Of a stretch of 64,000 nt of DNA, positions 10,480-21,527 are shown piece after piece. The notes beneath the pieces were generated by a model. It made no database searches. It saw only the letters and a list, made by a program, of their open reading frames with translations, and had not been told where the DNA came from. Location of the stretch: the IMG/VR virus record IMGVR_UViG_3300046096_000285, positions 1-64,000 of that record; one strand, written 5' to 3'. Position 1 is the first letter of the stretch. Every line of letters starts with the position of its first letter. Made by a program: the position numbers and the translations under genes. The DNA is from a virus.

Positions 10480-11421
10480 GTGGTAAACTACCCCCTTTTC
10501 TCTGAGCTCGGCGGAAGTACGCGTCAAATAAGACGCTTGCCGGACCCTGATGACAAGAACTGGTCTGCCTTTAATCCGTCTATTGCGTGGTCTCCTAAGG
10601 GGTACGCAATGGCCATACGCTCCAGTAACTACGTAATCATGCCACCTACGGACGAGATTTACGTTGTAACTACTGGCCCTATCCGCAACCGAGTCTGGTT
10701 CTGTGAACTAGATAGTGACTTCTCTATAAATAAAAGTACTTTGCGTCAAATTGACTTTAACTCTGGAGAGTACAACATAGTTTTTAAGCGTGGGGTGGAG
10801 GATGCAAAACTGTTCTGGCGCGGTGCTTGGTGGTTTACTGGAGTCATTCTTGAGCGTGAAGTCCCTACTGCTCGCATTGGACTCTTTGAGATTGTAGAGA
10901 ACACTGCAATTCTCAGGGAATTTTTAGACTACAGCTGGATGAATCCAAAACGGGTTGAGAAAAACTGGATGGCTTCTTATGAAAAGAATCCGCATTTTGA
11001 CTATGTATATAGTCCGACATCTGTAGTACATCGCGGTGAGCTAAAAGAAGTACGTGAAATGACAGACGCTCTTATTGGTATTAGAGGTACTAGCCACTTG
11101 TGGGGGTTAGGAAATGGCAGCTATCTAGCAATTGTGCATAAGATGTACCCTAAGCCAATCGAGGTATGGGATCCACGGACCTTCTCGTACCGCAAGAGCG
11201 ACATAAAAAACTACACGCACCTATTTGCTAGGTATAGCGCTGAAGGCGTCCTCACGGGGCTTAGCCAGGAGTTTCAGTTTGACTCTAGCGGGATTGAGTT
11301 TGCTGCTGGGGTTGTGGTAGATGGCGGAGATGTCCATATCTCGTACGGTAGTAAAGATGTATCAAGTCATATCGCGACCATTAAACTTAAAGCAGTGATG
11401 AAACTGATCGAGGAGGTGTGA
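10480..11421 (+). CDS. putative beta-propeller glycosidase-like protein
   Basis: FNPSI, GVEDAKL, EKNW and GIEFAAG motifs; leaderless GTG start after TAAGAT. Confidence 0.55.
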   Translation: MVNYPLFSELGGSTRQIRRLPDPDDKNWSAFNPSIAWSPKGYAMAIRSSNYVIMPPTDEIYVVTTGPIRNRVWFCELDSDFSINKSTLRQIDFNSGEYNIVFKRGVEDAKLFWRGAWWFTGVILEREVPTARIGLFEIVENTAILREFLDYSWMNPKRVEKNWMASYEKNPHFDYVYSPTSVVHRGELKEVREMTDALIGIRGTSHLWGLGNGSYLAIVHKMYPKPIEVWDPRTFSYRKSDIKNYTHLFARYSAEGVLTGLSQEFQFDSSGIEFAAGVVVDGGDVHISYGSKDVSSHIATIKLKAVMKLIEEV

Positions 11422-11639
11422 TGAGTACCGACCTACTTGAAAAAGTCAAAAGAGACGAGACTACTGGTGAAGAGAAGTTTGCTCACTATGCCGAAGCAGC
11501 TTCAGTTACTGAGGGCTACGTCATGGGTACCCCTGTTTTGGCAATATGTGGTAAGGTTTTTGTCCCATCTAGGGATCCAGAGAAGCTTAGAATCTGCCCG
11601 ATTTGCAAAGAAATTGCGGATGCACTATTCTTAAATTGA
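11418..11639 (+). CDS. DUF3039-like actinobacterial protein
   Basis: FAHY...VTEGYVMGTPVLAICGKVFVPSRDP...CPICKEI. Confidence 0.8.
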   Translation: MMSTDLLEKVKRDETTGEEKFAHYAEAASVTEGYVMGTPVLAICGKVFVPSRDPEKLRICPICKEIADALFLN

Positions 11640-11737
11640 GCTTCTAAATTTGCCTTATACTAGAACTCCGCCTCCCAGGTTTATCTGAAAAATCTGGGAG
11701 ATTTTTAACCTCTAAATCACCCTGAAAGGGTCTCCCA

Positions 11738-11965
11738 ATGCCGATTACTGTTTATACTCTGCCTTCCTGTGTCCAGTGCGACAGCACCAAGCGAGTATTG
11801 ACTAAGAACGGTATCGAGTTCAATACTGTAGATCTTTCTACTGATGAGACTGCCATGGAAATGATTAAGACCCTGGGCTACCAGGCAGCTCCAGTTGTAA
11901 TTGCTGGCGACGACCACTGGTCAGGCTTCCGCCCTGACAAGCTAAGCGCCCTAACTGCAGCTTAG
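11738..11965 (+). CDS. nrdH: glutaredoxin-like protein NrdH
   Basis: CVQC motif and WSGFRPD. Confidence 0.95.
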   Translation: MPITVYTLPSCVQCDSTKRVLTKNGIEFNTVDLSTDETAMEMIKTLGYQAAPVVIAGDDHWSGFRPDKLSALTAA

Positions 11966-11980
11966 TTAACGGCGATTGTC

Positions 11981-12406
11981 ATGTATGACATCGTCTATTT
12001 CTCGAGCGTCTCGGAAAATACAAAGCGATTTGTAGAAAAGCTACCCCCTGAGATAAGCTTGGCACGAATCCCGCTCAAGTGGGCTGAGGAAGCTCCACTA
12101 CTCGTCAATCGAGAATATGTTTTAGTACTCCCTACCTATGGTGGCGGAGAGTATGAAAAAGCCGTTCCTAGGCAAGTAGTTAAGTTTTTAAATATACAAA
12201 GTAACAGAGACCTTATCCGTGGCGTTATTGGCACAGGGAACACCAACTTTGGTGAACACTACTGTCTAGCCGCGGATGTCGTTGTAGCGAAAACGGGAGT
12301 TCCGTTGCTACATCGAGTAGAAATTCTTGGAACACCCGACGACGTAATAAAAGTAAGCGAGAGGCTGGAGCAGCTATGGAAAACAAATACAGTTACCACG
12401 AACTAA
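11981..12406 (+). CDS. nrdI: class Ib RNR flavodoxin NrdI
   Basis: [24 protein letters not shown]. Confidence 0.95.
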   Translation: MYDIVYFSSVSENTKRFVEKLPPEISLARIPLKWAEEAPLLVNREYVLVLPTYGGGEYEKAVPRQVVKFLNIQSNRDLIRGVIGTGNTNFGEHYCLAADVVVAKTGVPLLHRVEILGTPDDVIKVSERLEQLWKTNTVTTN

Positions 12407-14493
12407 ATGCAATGTTGAATCTTTACGATGATGAAGGAAAGATTCAGTTTGGTAAAGATAAAGAGGCAGCACGCGCTTACTTTCTGGACCACGTAAACCA
12501 GAATATGGTATGGTTCCATAACATCGAAGAGAAGTTGACCTACCTAGTAGACAATGACTACTACGAAAAGGAGGTCCTAGACCAGTACTCACCTGAGTTC
12601 ATCAAGTCTGCTTTCCAGGCTGCGTATGCCCACAAGTTCCGCTTTGAGGCATTCCTTGGTGCATACAAGTTCTACACCTCATATGCTCTTAAGACTTTCG
12701 AAGGTGACCGCTACCTAGAGCGGTTTGAGGACCGCGTTGTTATGAATGCCCTTGCTCTTGCACGTGGTGACGAGGAGCAGGTTCTAAACCTGATTGACGA
12801 GATCATCTCTGGTCGTTTCCAGCCAGCAACTCCAACCTTCTTGAACTCAGGTAAGAAGCAGCGCGGTGAGTTCGTCTCGTGCTTCCTTCTTCGTATTGAA
12901 GACAACATGGAATCTATCTCTCGTGGCATCAACTCAGCTCTGCAGCTCTCGAAGCGTGGTGGCGGTGTTGCTCTGAACCTGAGCAACCTACGTGAGTTTG
13001 GTGCTCCAATCAAGAAGATTGAGAACCAGAGCTCGGGCATCATCCCAGTGATGAAGCTTCTTGAAGACTCATTCTCGTACGCGAACCAGCTTGGTGCACG
13101 TCAGGGTGCTGGTGCTGTCTACTTGAATGCTCACCACCCGGACATCCTCCGTTTTCTAGACACCAAGCGTGAGAACGCCGATGAGAAGACTCGTATCAAG
13201 ACTTTGTCTATTGGTGTGGTTATCCCAGATGTGACTCTTGAGTTAGCTAAGACTAACGAAGACATGTACCTTTTCTCTCCTTATGACGTAGAGCGCGTGT
13301 ACGGCGTACCTTTTGGGGACATCTCAGTCACTGAGAAGTACCAGGAGATGGTTGATGATGCTCGCATCAAGAAGACCAAGATCAAGGCTCGTGTTTTGTT
13401 TGAGCGTATTGCTGAACTTCAGTTTGAGTCTGGCTACCCATACATCATGTACGAAGACACCGTAAACGCTGCTAACCCTGTAGAGGGTCGCATCAACATG
13501 TCGAACCTCTGTTCAGAGATTCTTCAGGTAAACACCCCGTCTACCTTTAAGGCAAACCTTGACTATGACGAGATTGGTAGCGACATCAGCTGTAACCTTG
13601 CATCTCTAAACATTGCTAAGGCTATGGAGTCCAAGGACTTTGGTATGACTATAACTACTGCTATCCGTGCTCTAACTGCTGTCTCGGACCTCAGCTACAT
13701 CGACTCGGTGCCTTCTATTGCTGAAGGTAACAAGCGTGCTCACGCAATTGGTCTTGGCCAGATGAACCTCCATGGCTACTTGGGCAAGGAGCGTATTCAC
13801 TATGGTTCAGAAGAAGGCATCGACTTCACCAACATCTACTTCTACACTGTTCTGTTCCACGCGCTAGTTGCCTCTAACGAGCTGGCTATCGAGCGTAAGG
13901 AGACTTTCGTAAACTTCGAGAAGTCTAAGTACGCTGACGGTTCATTCTTTGATAAGTATGTAAACCAGGAGTGGAAGCCAGCAACTGCACGTGTTGCTGA
14001 GTTGTTCGCAAATGCCGGTATTGCAATTCCTAACCAGCAGGACTGGGAAGTTCTTCGTGAGTCAGTAATGGAGCACGGGATCTACAACCAGAACCTTCAG
14101 GCAGTTCCGCCTACCGGTTCGATCTCATACATCAATAATTCGACTTCAAGCATCCACCCAATTGCTTCGAAGATTGAGATCCGTAAGGAAGGCAAGCTAG
14201 GTCGCGTTTACTACCCAGCCCCTTACTTGACCAATGACAACATGGAGTTCTTTGAGGACGCCTATGAGATCGGCCCAGACAAGATCATTGATACCTATGC
14301 TGCTGCAACTCAGCACGTTGACCAGGGTTTGTCGTTGACACTATTCTTCAAGGACACCGCAACCACTCGCGATGTCAACCGTGCGCAGATTTACGCATGG
14401 AAGAAGGGTATCAAGACCATTTACTACATCCGTATCCGTCAGATGGCACTCGATGGTACCGACATCGAGGGCTGCGTCAGCTGCATGCTCTGA
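12376..14493 (+). CDS. nrdE: class Ib ribonucleotide reductase alpha subunit
   Basis: [24 protein letters not shown]-terminal CVSC. Confidence 0.97.
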   Translation: MENKYSYHELNAMLNLYDDEGKIQFGKDKEAARAYFLDHVNQNMVWFHNIEEKLTYLVDNDYYEKEVLDQYSPEFIKSAFQAAYAHKFRFEAFLGAYKFYTSYALKTFEGDRYLERFEDRVVMNALALARGDEEQVLNLIDEIISGRFQPATPTFLNSGKKQRGEFVSCFLLRIEDNMESISRGINSALQLSKRGGGVALNLSNLREFGAPIKKIENQSSGIIPVMKLLEDSFSYANQLGARQGAGAVYLNAHHPDILRFLDTKRENADEKTRIKTLSIGVVIPDVTLELAKTNEDMYLFSPYDVERVYGVPFGDISVTEKYQEMVDDARIKKTKIKARVLFERIAELQFESGYPYIMYEDTVNAANPVEGRINMSNLCSEILQVNTPSTFKANLDYDEIGSDISCNLASLNIAKAMESKDFGMTITTAIRALTAVSDLSYIDSVPSIAEGNKRAHAIGLGQMNLHGYLGKERIHYGSEEGIDFTNIYFYTVLFHALVASNELAIERKETFVNFEKSKYADGSFFDKYVNQEWKPATARVAELFANAGIAIPNQQDWEVLRESVMEHGIYNQNLQAVPPTGSISYINNSTSSIHPIASKIEIRKEGKLGRVYYPAPYLTNDNMEFFEDAYEIGPDKIIDTYAAATQHVDQGLSLTLFFKDTATTRDVNRAQIYAWKKGIKTIYYIRIRQMALDGTDIEGCVSCML

Positions 14494-14513
14494 GTGTGTG
14501 GTACCATAAATTC

Positions 14514-15990
<1,477 letters not shown>

Positions 15991-15998
15991 GTCAGACG

Positions 15999-16030
15999 GA
16001 AAGGCCATCCTTCGGGATGGCTTTTCTTTT
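15999..16030 (+). terminator. intrinsic terminator
   Basis: GAAAGGCCATCC-TTCG-GGATGGCTTTTC followed by T run. Confidence 0.85.
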
Positions 16031-16049
16031 ACCCTGGTAAGATGAGACC

Positions 16050-16235
16050 ATGCCTACTTATGAATTTTATTGCTCTGAGAATAAAGAGCACACCTATAGC
16101 GAGATCCGAAGTATTACTGAAGATCAGAAGAAGTTCACTTGCGCTGAGGAGGGGTGTGACGGTAAGCTATTACGTAAGTTCACTGCTCCACCAATTACCT
16201 TTAAAGGTACTGGATTCCAGGGTGTGAACCGCTAA
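16050..16235 (+). CDS. FmdB-like zinc-ribbon protein
   Basis: MPTYEFYC...C...ITFKGTGF. Confidence 0.8.
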   Translation: MPTYEFYCSENKEHTYSEIRSITEDQKKFTCAEEGCDGKLLRKFTAPPITFKGTGFQGVNR

Positions 16236-16255
16236 CCGATAAAGAAAGAACTATC

Positions 16256-16573
16256 TTGGCCCTCAAAGACCTGAACCTATTTTCTAACTTCCCTGTCTTT
16301 GAAGATTATGGTGCACCTATATGTTCTGAAACTGATCCAGAACTTTTCTTTCCTCGAGAGCCGCTAGAAGGTATACGCTCTGTCAACGAGGTATACGAGA
16401 ATGAAGCAGCAGCTAAGTCGATGTGCTCTCAATGCCCTTACCGTATGCAGTGTCTAGAGGCCGCTATTGTTGACCCGGAGACTCAGGGTATCTGGGGAGG
16501 GACTACTCAGCTAGAGCGCCGCAAGATGCTACGAGCTGCTAAGACTCGCCTCAAGCTATCAATGATAAAATAA
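16256..16573 (+). CDS. whiB: WhiB-family transcription factor
   Basis: C..TDPELFFP, AK.MC.QCP...QCL, GIWGG. Confidence 0.92.
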   Translation: MALKDLNLFSNFPVFEDYGAPICSETDPELFFPREPLEGIRSVNEVYENEAAAKSMCSQCPYRMQCLEAAIVDPETQGIWGGTTQLERRKMLRAAKTRLKLSMIK

Positions 16574-16623
16574 AACTACGCCTGGGAGAGGTGTAAATAA
16601 CCATACCTATCCCGGGAGAAAAC

Positions 16624-16929
16624 ATGATTCTAGATATCATCTACCGCATCATCGCGGTATTTGTAGCAACAGCCTTGGCAACAATTGGAACCGGCTCGCT
16701 TGTCGGCGTGAGCATTGCTCAGTCTGCACTTATGGCAGGAGCTGGAGCTGTAGCTGCAGTTGTAGAGCGTCTTGCTCGCGCATTCATCGACGATGGAAAG
16801 CTAACCATTGATGAGATCAATGCTGCATTCAACGTCAAGGACCCTAAGAAGACTGCCGACGGCACTAGCGGAAATGCTGGAACTGCTGTTGATGGCGTTG
16901 ACGACGAAGAACACGAGCCTTACCAGTAA
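16624..16929 (+). CDS. holin-like membrane protein
   Basis: two hydrophobic segments then DDGKLTIDEINAAF. Confidence 0.55.
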   Translation: MILDIIYRIIAVFVATALATIGTGSLVGVSIAQSALMAGAGAVAAVVERLARAFIDDGKLTIDEINAAFNVKDPKKTADGTSGNAGTAVDGVDDEEHEPYQ

Positions 16930-16995
16930 ATCTCTTTACAAATTGGACCCTCCCCTATACAATAGGCGGAGGGTTTAATTTTAGGAGAGACAGTT

Positions 16996-17229
16996 ATGGA
17001 TTTTGATGAGTGGATGGAACTCGGTATTAAGTTTGGCTACTGCGGTCCAGCAGTTTGCTACACGCACGATGGGCTACCAACCTCGGAGTTAGAGGACTCA
17101 GAGTTTGAAGAATCGGATCCTTGTATCCACATTATTCGACTTTATGAAGACCGAGCCACTAAGATGGGTGTAGAAGCAAATCACTCGCCTAGCGTTTGGC
17201 GTGCAACCAATCTCGGTATCGATGTATAA
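16996..17229 (+). CDS. hypothetical protein
   Basis: RBS AGGAG, 77 aa. Confidence 0.7.
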   Translation: MDFDEWMELGIKFGYCGPAVCYTHDGLPTSELEDSEFEESDPCIHIIRLYEDRATKMGVEANHSPSVWRATNLGIDV

Positions 17230-17243
17230 TAGAGGAACTAGAA

Positions 17244-17372
17244 ATGGCTAAAGGTAAGGGTGGAGCACCAGCTCCAGCAAGCAAGACTAATGACCGCCAG
17301 AATGGCAAGGCATCTAAGAAGCGCCCACTGAAGTTCGACGCTGCAAAGCGTCGTCTAGTAACTGATAACTAA
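17244..17372 (+). CDS. small basic protein (42 aa)
   Basis: MAKGKGGAPAPASK...; GAGG RBS; below the ORF-track cut-off. Confidence 0.6.
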   Translation: MAKGKGGAPAPASKTNDRQNGKASKKRPLKFDAAKRRLVTDN

Positions 17373-17384
17373 ATAGAGATTCAC

Positions 17385-17705
17385 GGGGATGACAGGTTTC
17401 GACGGTCATTCAACAAACTAGTGAAGCAAGCAGAGACGGCCACGCACTCTTAAGTGTGGCAAAAAACTAAATGCAAACTCACGTTCAGCATTCGCACTAG
17501 CAGCCTAAAAACTGCTAGACGCCCCTGACAAAGCAGTAGTTCTAGCTGGGCAGTCAGGTCTTAAATAAATAGAACAACACCAAGGGTTGCAGTAGGAGAC
17601 CTTAAGATCCCACATCTGTAGTACCGTGGCTGGTAAAGCCTAAGCTTGTAGAAGAATAGTTAGTCCTTGATCGGACGGGGCTCTCGGATGCCCCCATCTC
17701 CACCA
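17385..17705 (+). ncRNA. ssrA: tmRNA
   Basis: 5' GGGGATGACAGGTTTCGAC, 3' CATCTCCACCA with G3:U70, tag ORF ANSRSAFALAA* at 17473-17508. Confidence 0.95.
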
Positions 17706-17778
17706 TGGCCTATAACTCAGTCGGTAGAGTGCCTCTCTGTTAAAGAGGATGTCGCAGGATCGAAGCCTGCTGGGCCAG
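17706..17778 (+). tRNA. tRNA-Asn(GTT)
   Basis: cloverleaf; anticodon arm CCTCT-CTGTTAA-AGAGG. Confidence 0.9.
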
Positions 17779-17864
17779 CGAAGGGCATGTACACCTGATG
17801 GTAATACGCTGTGTGGGTGTCGACTCCTTTAGCACCTGAGCATGTGCTATCAAAAACTGCCCAT

Positions 17865-17935
17865 GCGGATGTAGCTTAGTGGTAAAGCCTCAGTCTTCCA
17901 AACTGATGATGCGGGTCCGATTCCCGTCATCCGCT
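17865..17935 (+). tRNA. tRNA-Gly(TCC)
   Basis: GCGGATG/CATCCGC acceptor; TCAGT-CTTCCAA-ACTGA. Confidence 0.92.
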
Positions 17936-18081
17936 CTAAATCCTTACGGGATGGCTCCATGTAAGGTCAGCCACCATGCTGGATATTGGTCGGGATTTAC
18001 GCCGTCATACTGTAGAGGTGTTTTGGGTTGACCGTTAAGAACCCACAGTGGTAGGCTTTTGCCAAGGGTGCTACCACACTT

Positions 18082-18154
18082 GCCTCAATAGCTCAGTTGG
18101 TAGAGCGCCATACTTGTAATATGGATGTCGCGGGTTCAATTCCTGCTTGAGGCT
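18082..18154 (+). tRNA. tRNA-Thr(TGT)
   Basis: GCCTCAA/TTGAGGC acceptor; CCATA-CTTGTAA-TATGG. Confidence 0.92.
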
Positions 18155-18255
18155 CGGTACTTAGATGGCGTGTCAGCGGGTGTCTAAGCGTGTGCCCATT
18201 CTACGTAAACAATGGGTAGGGACTTGAGTTCTGACAAGCAAGATAGTCCCACCAA

Positions 18256-18329
18256 GTTGGTAAAGTGTTACGGTAGCACGGAGACCTCCAAAGTCTCAGG
18301 CCCAGGTTCGACTCCTGGTACCTTCGCCA
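18256..18329 (+). tRNA. tRNA-Trp(CCA), two acceptor-stem mismatches
   Basis: GAGAC-CTCCAAA-GTCTC; CCAGG-TTCGACT-CCTGG; encoded CCA. Confidence 0.75.
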
Positions 18330-18375
18330 ACAGGCAGAGAAACGGTCACGGAGGCATCTGTGGCAAGTCAAACCT

Positions 18376-18458
18376 GGAGCTATAGTGTTAGAGGCAGCAC
18401 GCGGAGGTCTGAATGCAGGACATAATCCGAAGCCCTGGTTCGAATCCAGGTAGCTCAT
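18376..18458 (+). tRNA. atypical tRNA-like gene with expanded anticodon loop (possibly Gln-CTG derived)
   Basis: acceptor GAGCTA/TAGCTC, D arm, perfect T arm CCTGG-TTCGAAT-CCAGG; anticodon stem CGGA/TCCG encloses 20 nt. Confidence 0.55.
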
Positions 18459-18493
18459 TTTAACTTTTTACACTTATCTGCTAGCATGTCATC

Positions 18494-18928
18494 ATGACTA
18501 TAAGAGGAGAATCCGCTAGAAGCGGTCGTGGAGAATATCTACGTAACTATCAAAAGCCTTGGATTAGAGCTCGACGCGATGCGTTCATTGAATCACGTGG
18601 CGGCGTATGTGTAAAATGCGGTTCAGCTGATCGACTAGAGGTTGACCACATCGACCGTAATAAGAAGACTATGCGAGCCAGCTCTATCTGGTCCCGTAAT
18701 CAAACTAGTCAAGTAGTCCTTGATGAACTTGCCAATTGCCAGGTTCTGTGTCACGACTGCCACCAGCAGAAGACTAATGCAGAGCGACGTGCACATATCA
18801 CTGAGCATGGAACTTATGCAATGTATAAAACAGTTGGGTGCCGTTGTGAGCCATGCACTAAAGAAAATGCCTTACGTGTTCGAGAGCAGCGAGCTGCTCG
18901 TAAGAGTAAGCTAGCTGAAGGTAGTTAA
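18494..18928 (+). CDS. HNH endonuclease
   Basis: CVKCG...LEVDHID...NCQVLCHDCH. Confidence 0.9.
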   Translation: MTIRGESARSGRGEYLRNYQKPWIRARRDAFIESRGGVCVKCGSADRLEVDHIDRNKKTMRASSIWSRNQTSQVVLDELANCQVLCHDCHQQKTNAERRAHITEHGTYAMYKTVGCRCEPCTKENALRVREQRAARKSKLAEGS

Positions 18929-19001
18929 TCTACTTTGAACTTTTAGATGTAAATTAATTGCTACTGAACTCACTAGTTCAAGTAACGTTTATCATTAATG
19001 T

Positions 19002-19541
19002 ATGATAAATAAAATATGTGAAAAATGTTCTGTAGAGTTTAATAGTAAAGACAGTAGAACTAGATTCTGCGGCCATTCGTGTGCTGCAAGCGTTCGTAAT
19101 ATTGGGATATCTAGAAATAGAAAAAGACCTCTAAAATTATCTCCATGTTTATTTTGCAACTCGCCTTTGGTCAAATATCACAATAAAAAATACTGCAGCG
19201 TTAAATGCAGTAATGCTGCCAGAACAAAAAATAAGATAGATGCCTGGCTAGAAAATCCCGCTGGTGTTGCTAATACTAACGGTGCCCCAGCGTATCTCAG
19301 GAGGTATCTGTTAGAGCAGGCAGAATATCGCTGCTCCACGCCTTCATGCGGTTGGTCTGGTATAAATCCAATTACGGGTAGATCTACTCTGCATGTTGAC
19401 CATATAGATGGAAATGCTATGAACAATACCCCTGAAAATTTAAGAGTTATATGTCCTAATTGTCACTCTCTCAGCGCTAATTATGGGTACTTAAACAAGG
19501 GTAAATCGACTAGAAAAAGCTACTATAGGAAGCTAGGCTAG
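19002..19541 (+). CDS. HNH endonuclease with N-terminal zinc fingers
   Basis: LHVDHIDGNAMNNTPENLRVICPNCH; AT-rich. Confidence 0.9.
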   Translation: MINKICEKCSVEFNSKDSRTRFCGHSCAASVRNIGISRNRKRPLKLSPCLFCNSPLVKYHNKKYCSVKCSNAARTKNKIDAWLENPAGVANTNGAPAYLRRYLLEQAEYRCSTPSCGWSGINPITGRSTLHVDHIDGNAMNNTPENLRVICPNCHSLSANYGYLNKGKSTRKSYYRKLG

Positions 19542-19548
19542 TTTAAAA

Positions 19549-19625
19549 CCTCCAGTATCGGCTCACTCTTATAAGGTGTAGGAACCGTAGTTGGTGGCAC
19601 GCGGGTTCAAGTCCCGCCTGGAGGA
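19549..19625 (+). tRNA. D-armless tRNA-like gene, anticodon TAT (Ile)
   Basis: CCTCCAG/CTGGAGG acceptor, CACT-CTTATAA-GGTG, GCGGG-TTCAAGT-CCCGC; no D arm, long variable region. Confidence 0.6.
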
Positions 19626-19762
19626 CTAATGGTAAGGTTCAAGTATGAAGAAGAGAAACTCTGTAACTGGCTCCGGGATCGGCTGCGCTTTTATTGTTCT
19701 TATCTTTGCCGGGTTATTAGTTTTAGTAGCCGTTATTCTCTGATAAGTGGTAAGCTATTCAC

Positions 19763-20209
19763 ATGCCTAAATCTACATACATTTCGATCGTAGTTAACGA
19801 TCCCGCTCTACTTCCTACCTATGCTCGCGAAGGCGATGCTGGCGCTGATCTTCGCGCAGCTGAAGATCTTATCATCCCTGCTGGAGAACGTGCTCTCGTT
19901 AAGACTGGCGTAAAGCTTGCTCTGCCAGACGGTGTTGTTGCCCTTGTGCATCCACGCTCTGGCCTTGCTCTCAAGCACGGAGTAACTGTTCTCAACACTC
20001 CTGGAACCATCGACTCTGGCTACCGTGGCGAGATTGGTGTGATCCTCTACAACACCTCTGAGCAAGACTTCGCTGTAGTAACTGGCGACCGTATTGCTCA
20101 GTTGGTCTTTCAGGAGTACCTAACCGCTGACTTCTCTCGCGAGTCTTCTCTTGATGAGACAGACCGTGGCGAGGGTGGCTTCGGCTCTACCGGTATTGGG
20201 GAAATCTAA
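19763..20209 (+). CDS. dut: dUTPase
   Basis: AGADL, PRSGLA, GTIDSGYRGE, RIAQLV, RGEGGFGSTG. Confidence 0.97.
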   Translation: MPKSTYISIVVNDPALLPTYAREGDAGADLRAAEDLIIPAGERALVKTGVKLALPDGVVALVHPRSGLALKHGVTVLNTPGTIDSGYRGEIGVILYNTSEQDFAVVTGDRIAQLVFQEYLTADFSRESSLDETDRGEGGFGSTGIGEI

Positions 20210-20916
20210 TGTCTGAAATTCAATTTCGTTCTGATGTAACCGTTGAGCTTATTGACTCAATGGGAGGAGATGATGCAGTTGTTCGCAGCGCTCGTGTGTC
20301 TACTAGCAGTGATAGTCGCAATGTTGATATGGGAACCCGGGAAGAGGGACTAATCAACTACTTGATGCGTGACCGCCATGGTTCACCATTTGAGCACAAT
20401 GCCTTCACCTTCTTTATTGAGGCACCTATCTTCGTATTCCGAGAGTTCATGCGTCACCGCATCGCTTCGTACAATGAAGAGTCTGCCCGGTACAAGGAGC
20501 TTTCACCGGTCTTTTATGTTCCTGGAGATGACCGTAAGTTAATTCAAGTCGGTAAGCCTGGTGCCTACACTTTTGAAGATGCTAACTATTCTCAGATTAA
20601 AAGTGCTCAGTCGTTAACTCGTCTAGCTAGTGAGCGTTCATATGAGCTCTACAAGAAGATGCTTGATGACGGTATTGCTCGCGAGGTTGCTCGTGGAGTA
20701 CTGCCTGTAAATATCTACTCGAGCATGTATGTAACTATGAATGCCCGTTCAATGATGAACTTCCTAAGCCTACGCACTATGCGCGAAGGTACCCACTTTC
20801 CTTCATTCCCGCAGCGGGAGATCGAGATGGTTGCTGAGAAGATGGAAGAGTTCTTCGCGGAGAAGATGCCTATTACCTACGCGTCATTCAACAAGAACGG
20901 CCGCGTAGCTCCGTAA
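20209..20916 (+). CDS. thyX: flavin-dependent thymidylate synthase
   Basis: HGSPFEH, RHRIASYNEESARY. Confidence 0.97.
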   Translation: MSEIQFRSDVTVELIDSMGGDDAVVRSARVSTSSDSRNVDMGTREEGLINYLMRDRHGSPFEHNAFTFFIEAPIFVFREFMRHRIASYNEESARYKELSPVFYVPGDDRKLIQVGKPGAYTFEDANYSQIKSAQSLTRLASERSYELYKKMLDDGIAREVARGVLPVNIYSSMYVTMNARSMMNFLSLRTMREGTHFPSFPQREIEMVAEKMEEFFAEKMPITYASFNKNGRVAP

Positions 20917-21015
20917 TGGCTAGACGCGGCTATCCTTGCAGGAAGCACCGGATTTGGTTTCTAGGTAGCTACTGCGTACAATGTTATAAAGAACGCCGAG
21001 CAAAGGAACGTAACA

Positions 21016-21252
21016 ATGGATAAAGATGATGTAATCGTTTCAAAGGTCGGTAGTGCAGTTCGCGCAGCAATGGCTGCCAAAGAAGCGCTAACCAATGCAA
21101 CTGCCGAAGCAATCGATTCCGCATCTACATTTGGTTACGAGCTTGGCGCAGAGGACATGAAGCTCGGTCTTATCGAGATGTTCGAGAGTTCTGACTCTGC
21201 TTGTGCTGCCTGGGCTATCTCTCAGATTGAATCTCATGTCAGCGCCGAATAG
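21016..21252 (+). CDS. hypothetical protein
   Basis: RBS AAGGA, 78 aa. Confidence 0.65.
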   Translation: MDKDDVIVSKVGSAVRAAMAAKEALTNATAEAIDSASTFGYELGAEDMKLGLIEMFESSDSACAAWAISQIESHVSAE

Positions 21253-21499
21253 CGATCGCGTTCTATTTAGGTGCGAGTACTGGGTTGAAGACTCTGGCCT
21301 AAAGGTTGACTACGAGTGGGCGCTAAACAGTGCTGAACTTGAAGACCTATATAAAGGTGAAGACGGTATCAACTTATATAAGTATCAGGTAGCATCTCCT
21401 TACGAGGTAGAAGCTTGGCTTAGTGGTTTTGATGAGGGCTCCCTATATGGGATTGCTAAAGCTCGACTGAAGAACATCGCGGATTCCGACAATAATTAG
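21236..21499 (+). CDS. hypothetical protein
   Basis: likely ATG start at 21236 (MSAPNSDR). Confidence 0.6.
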   Translation: MSAPNSDRVLFRCEYWVEDSGLKVDYEWALNSAELEDLYKGEDGINLYKYQVASPYEVEAWLSGFDEGSLYGIAKARLKNIADSDNN

Positions 21500-21527
21500 T
21501 TAATCCGTTTTACGGTAAAATTAGATC

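Noticed and set aside
14397-14513. N-terminal extension of the HNH overlapping nrdE, or an intron in nrdE/nrdF
   Set aside because: Both RNR genes are intact; the HNH has a leaderless start at 14514.
17830-17862. preQ1 riboswitch
   Set aside because: Hairpin plus A-rich tail is similar, but the loop consensus does not fit and no queuosine gene follows.
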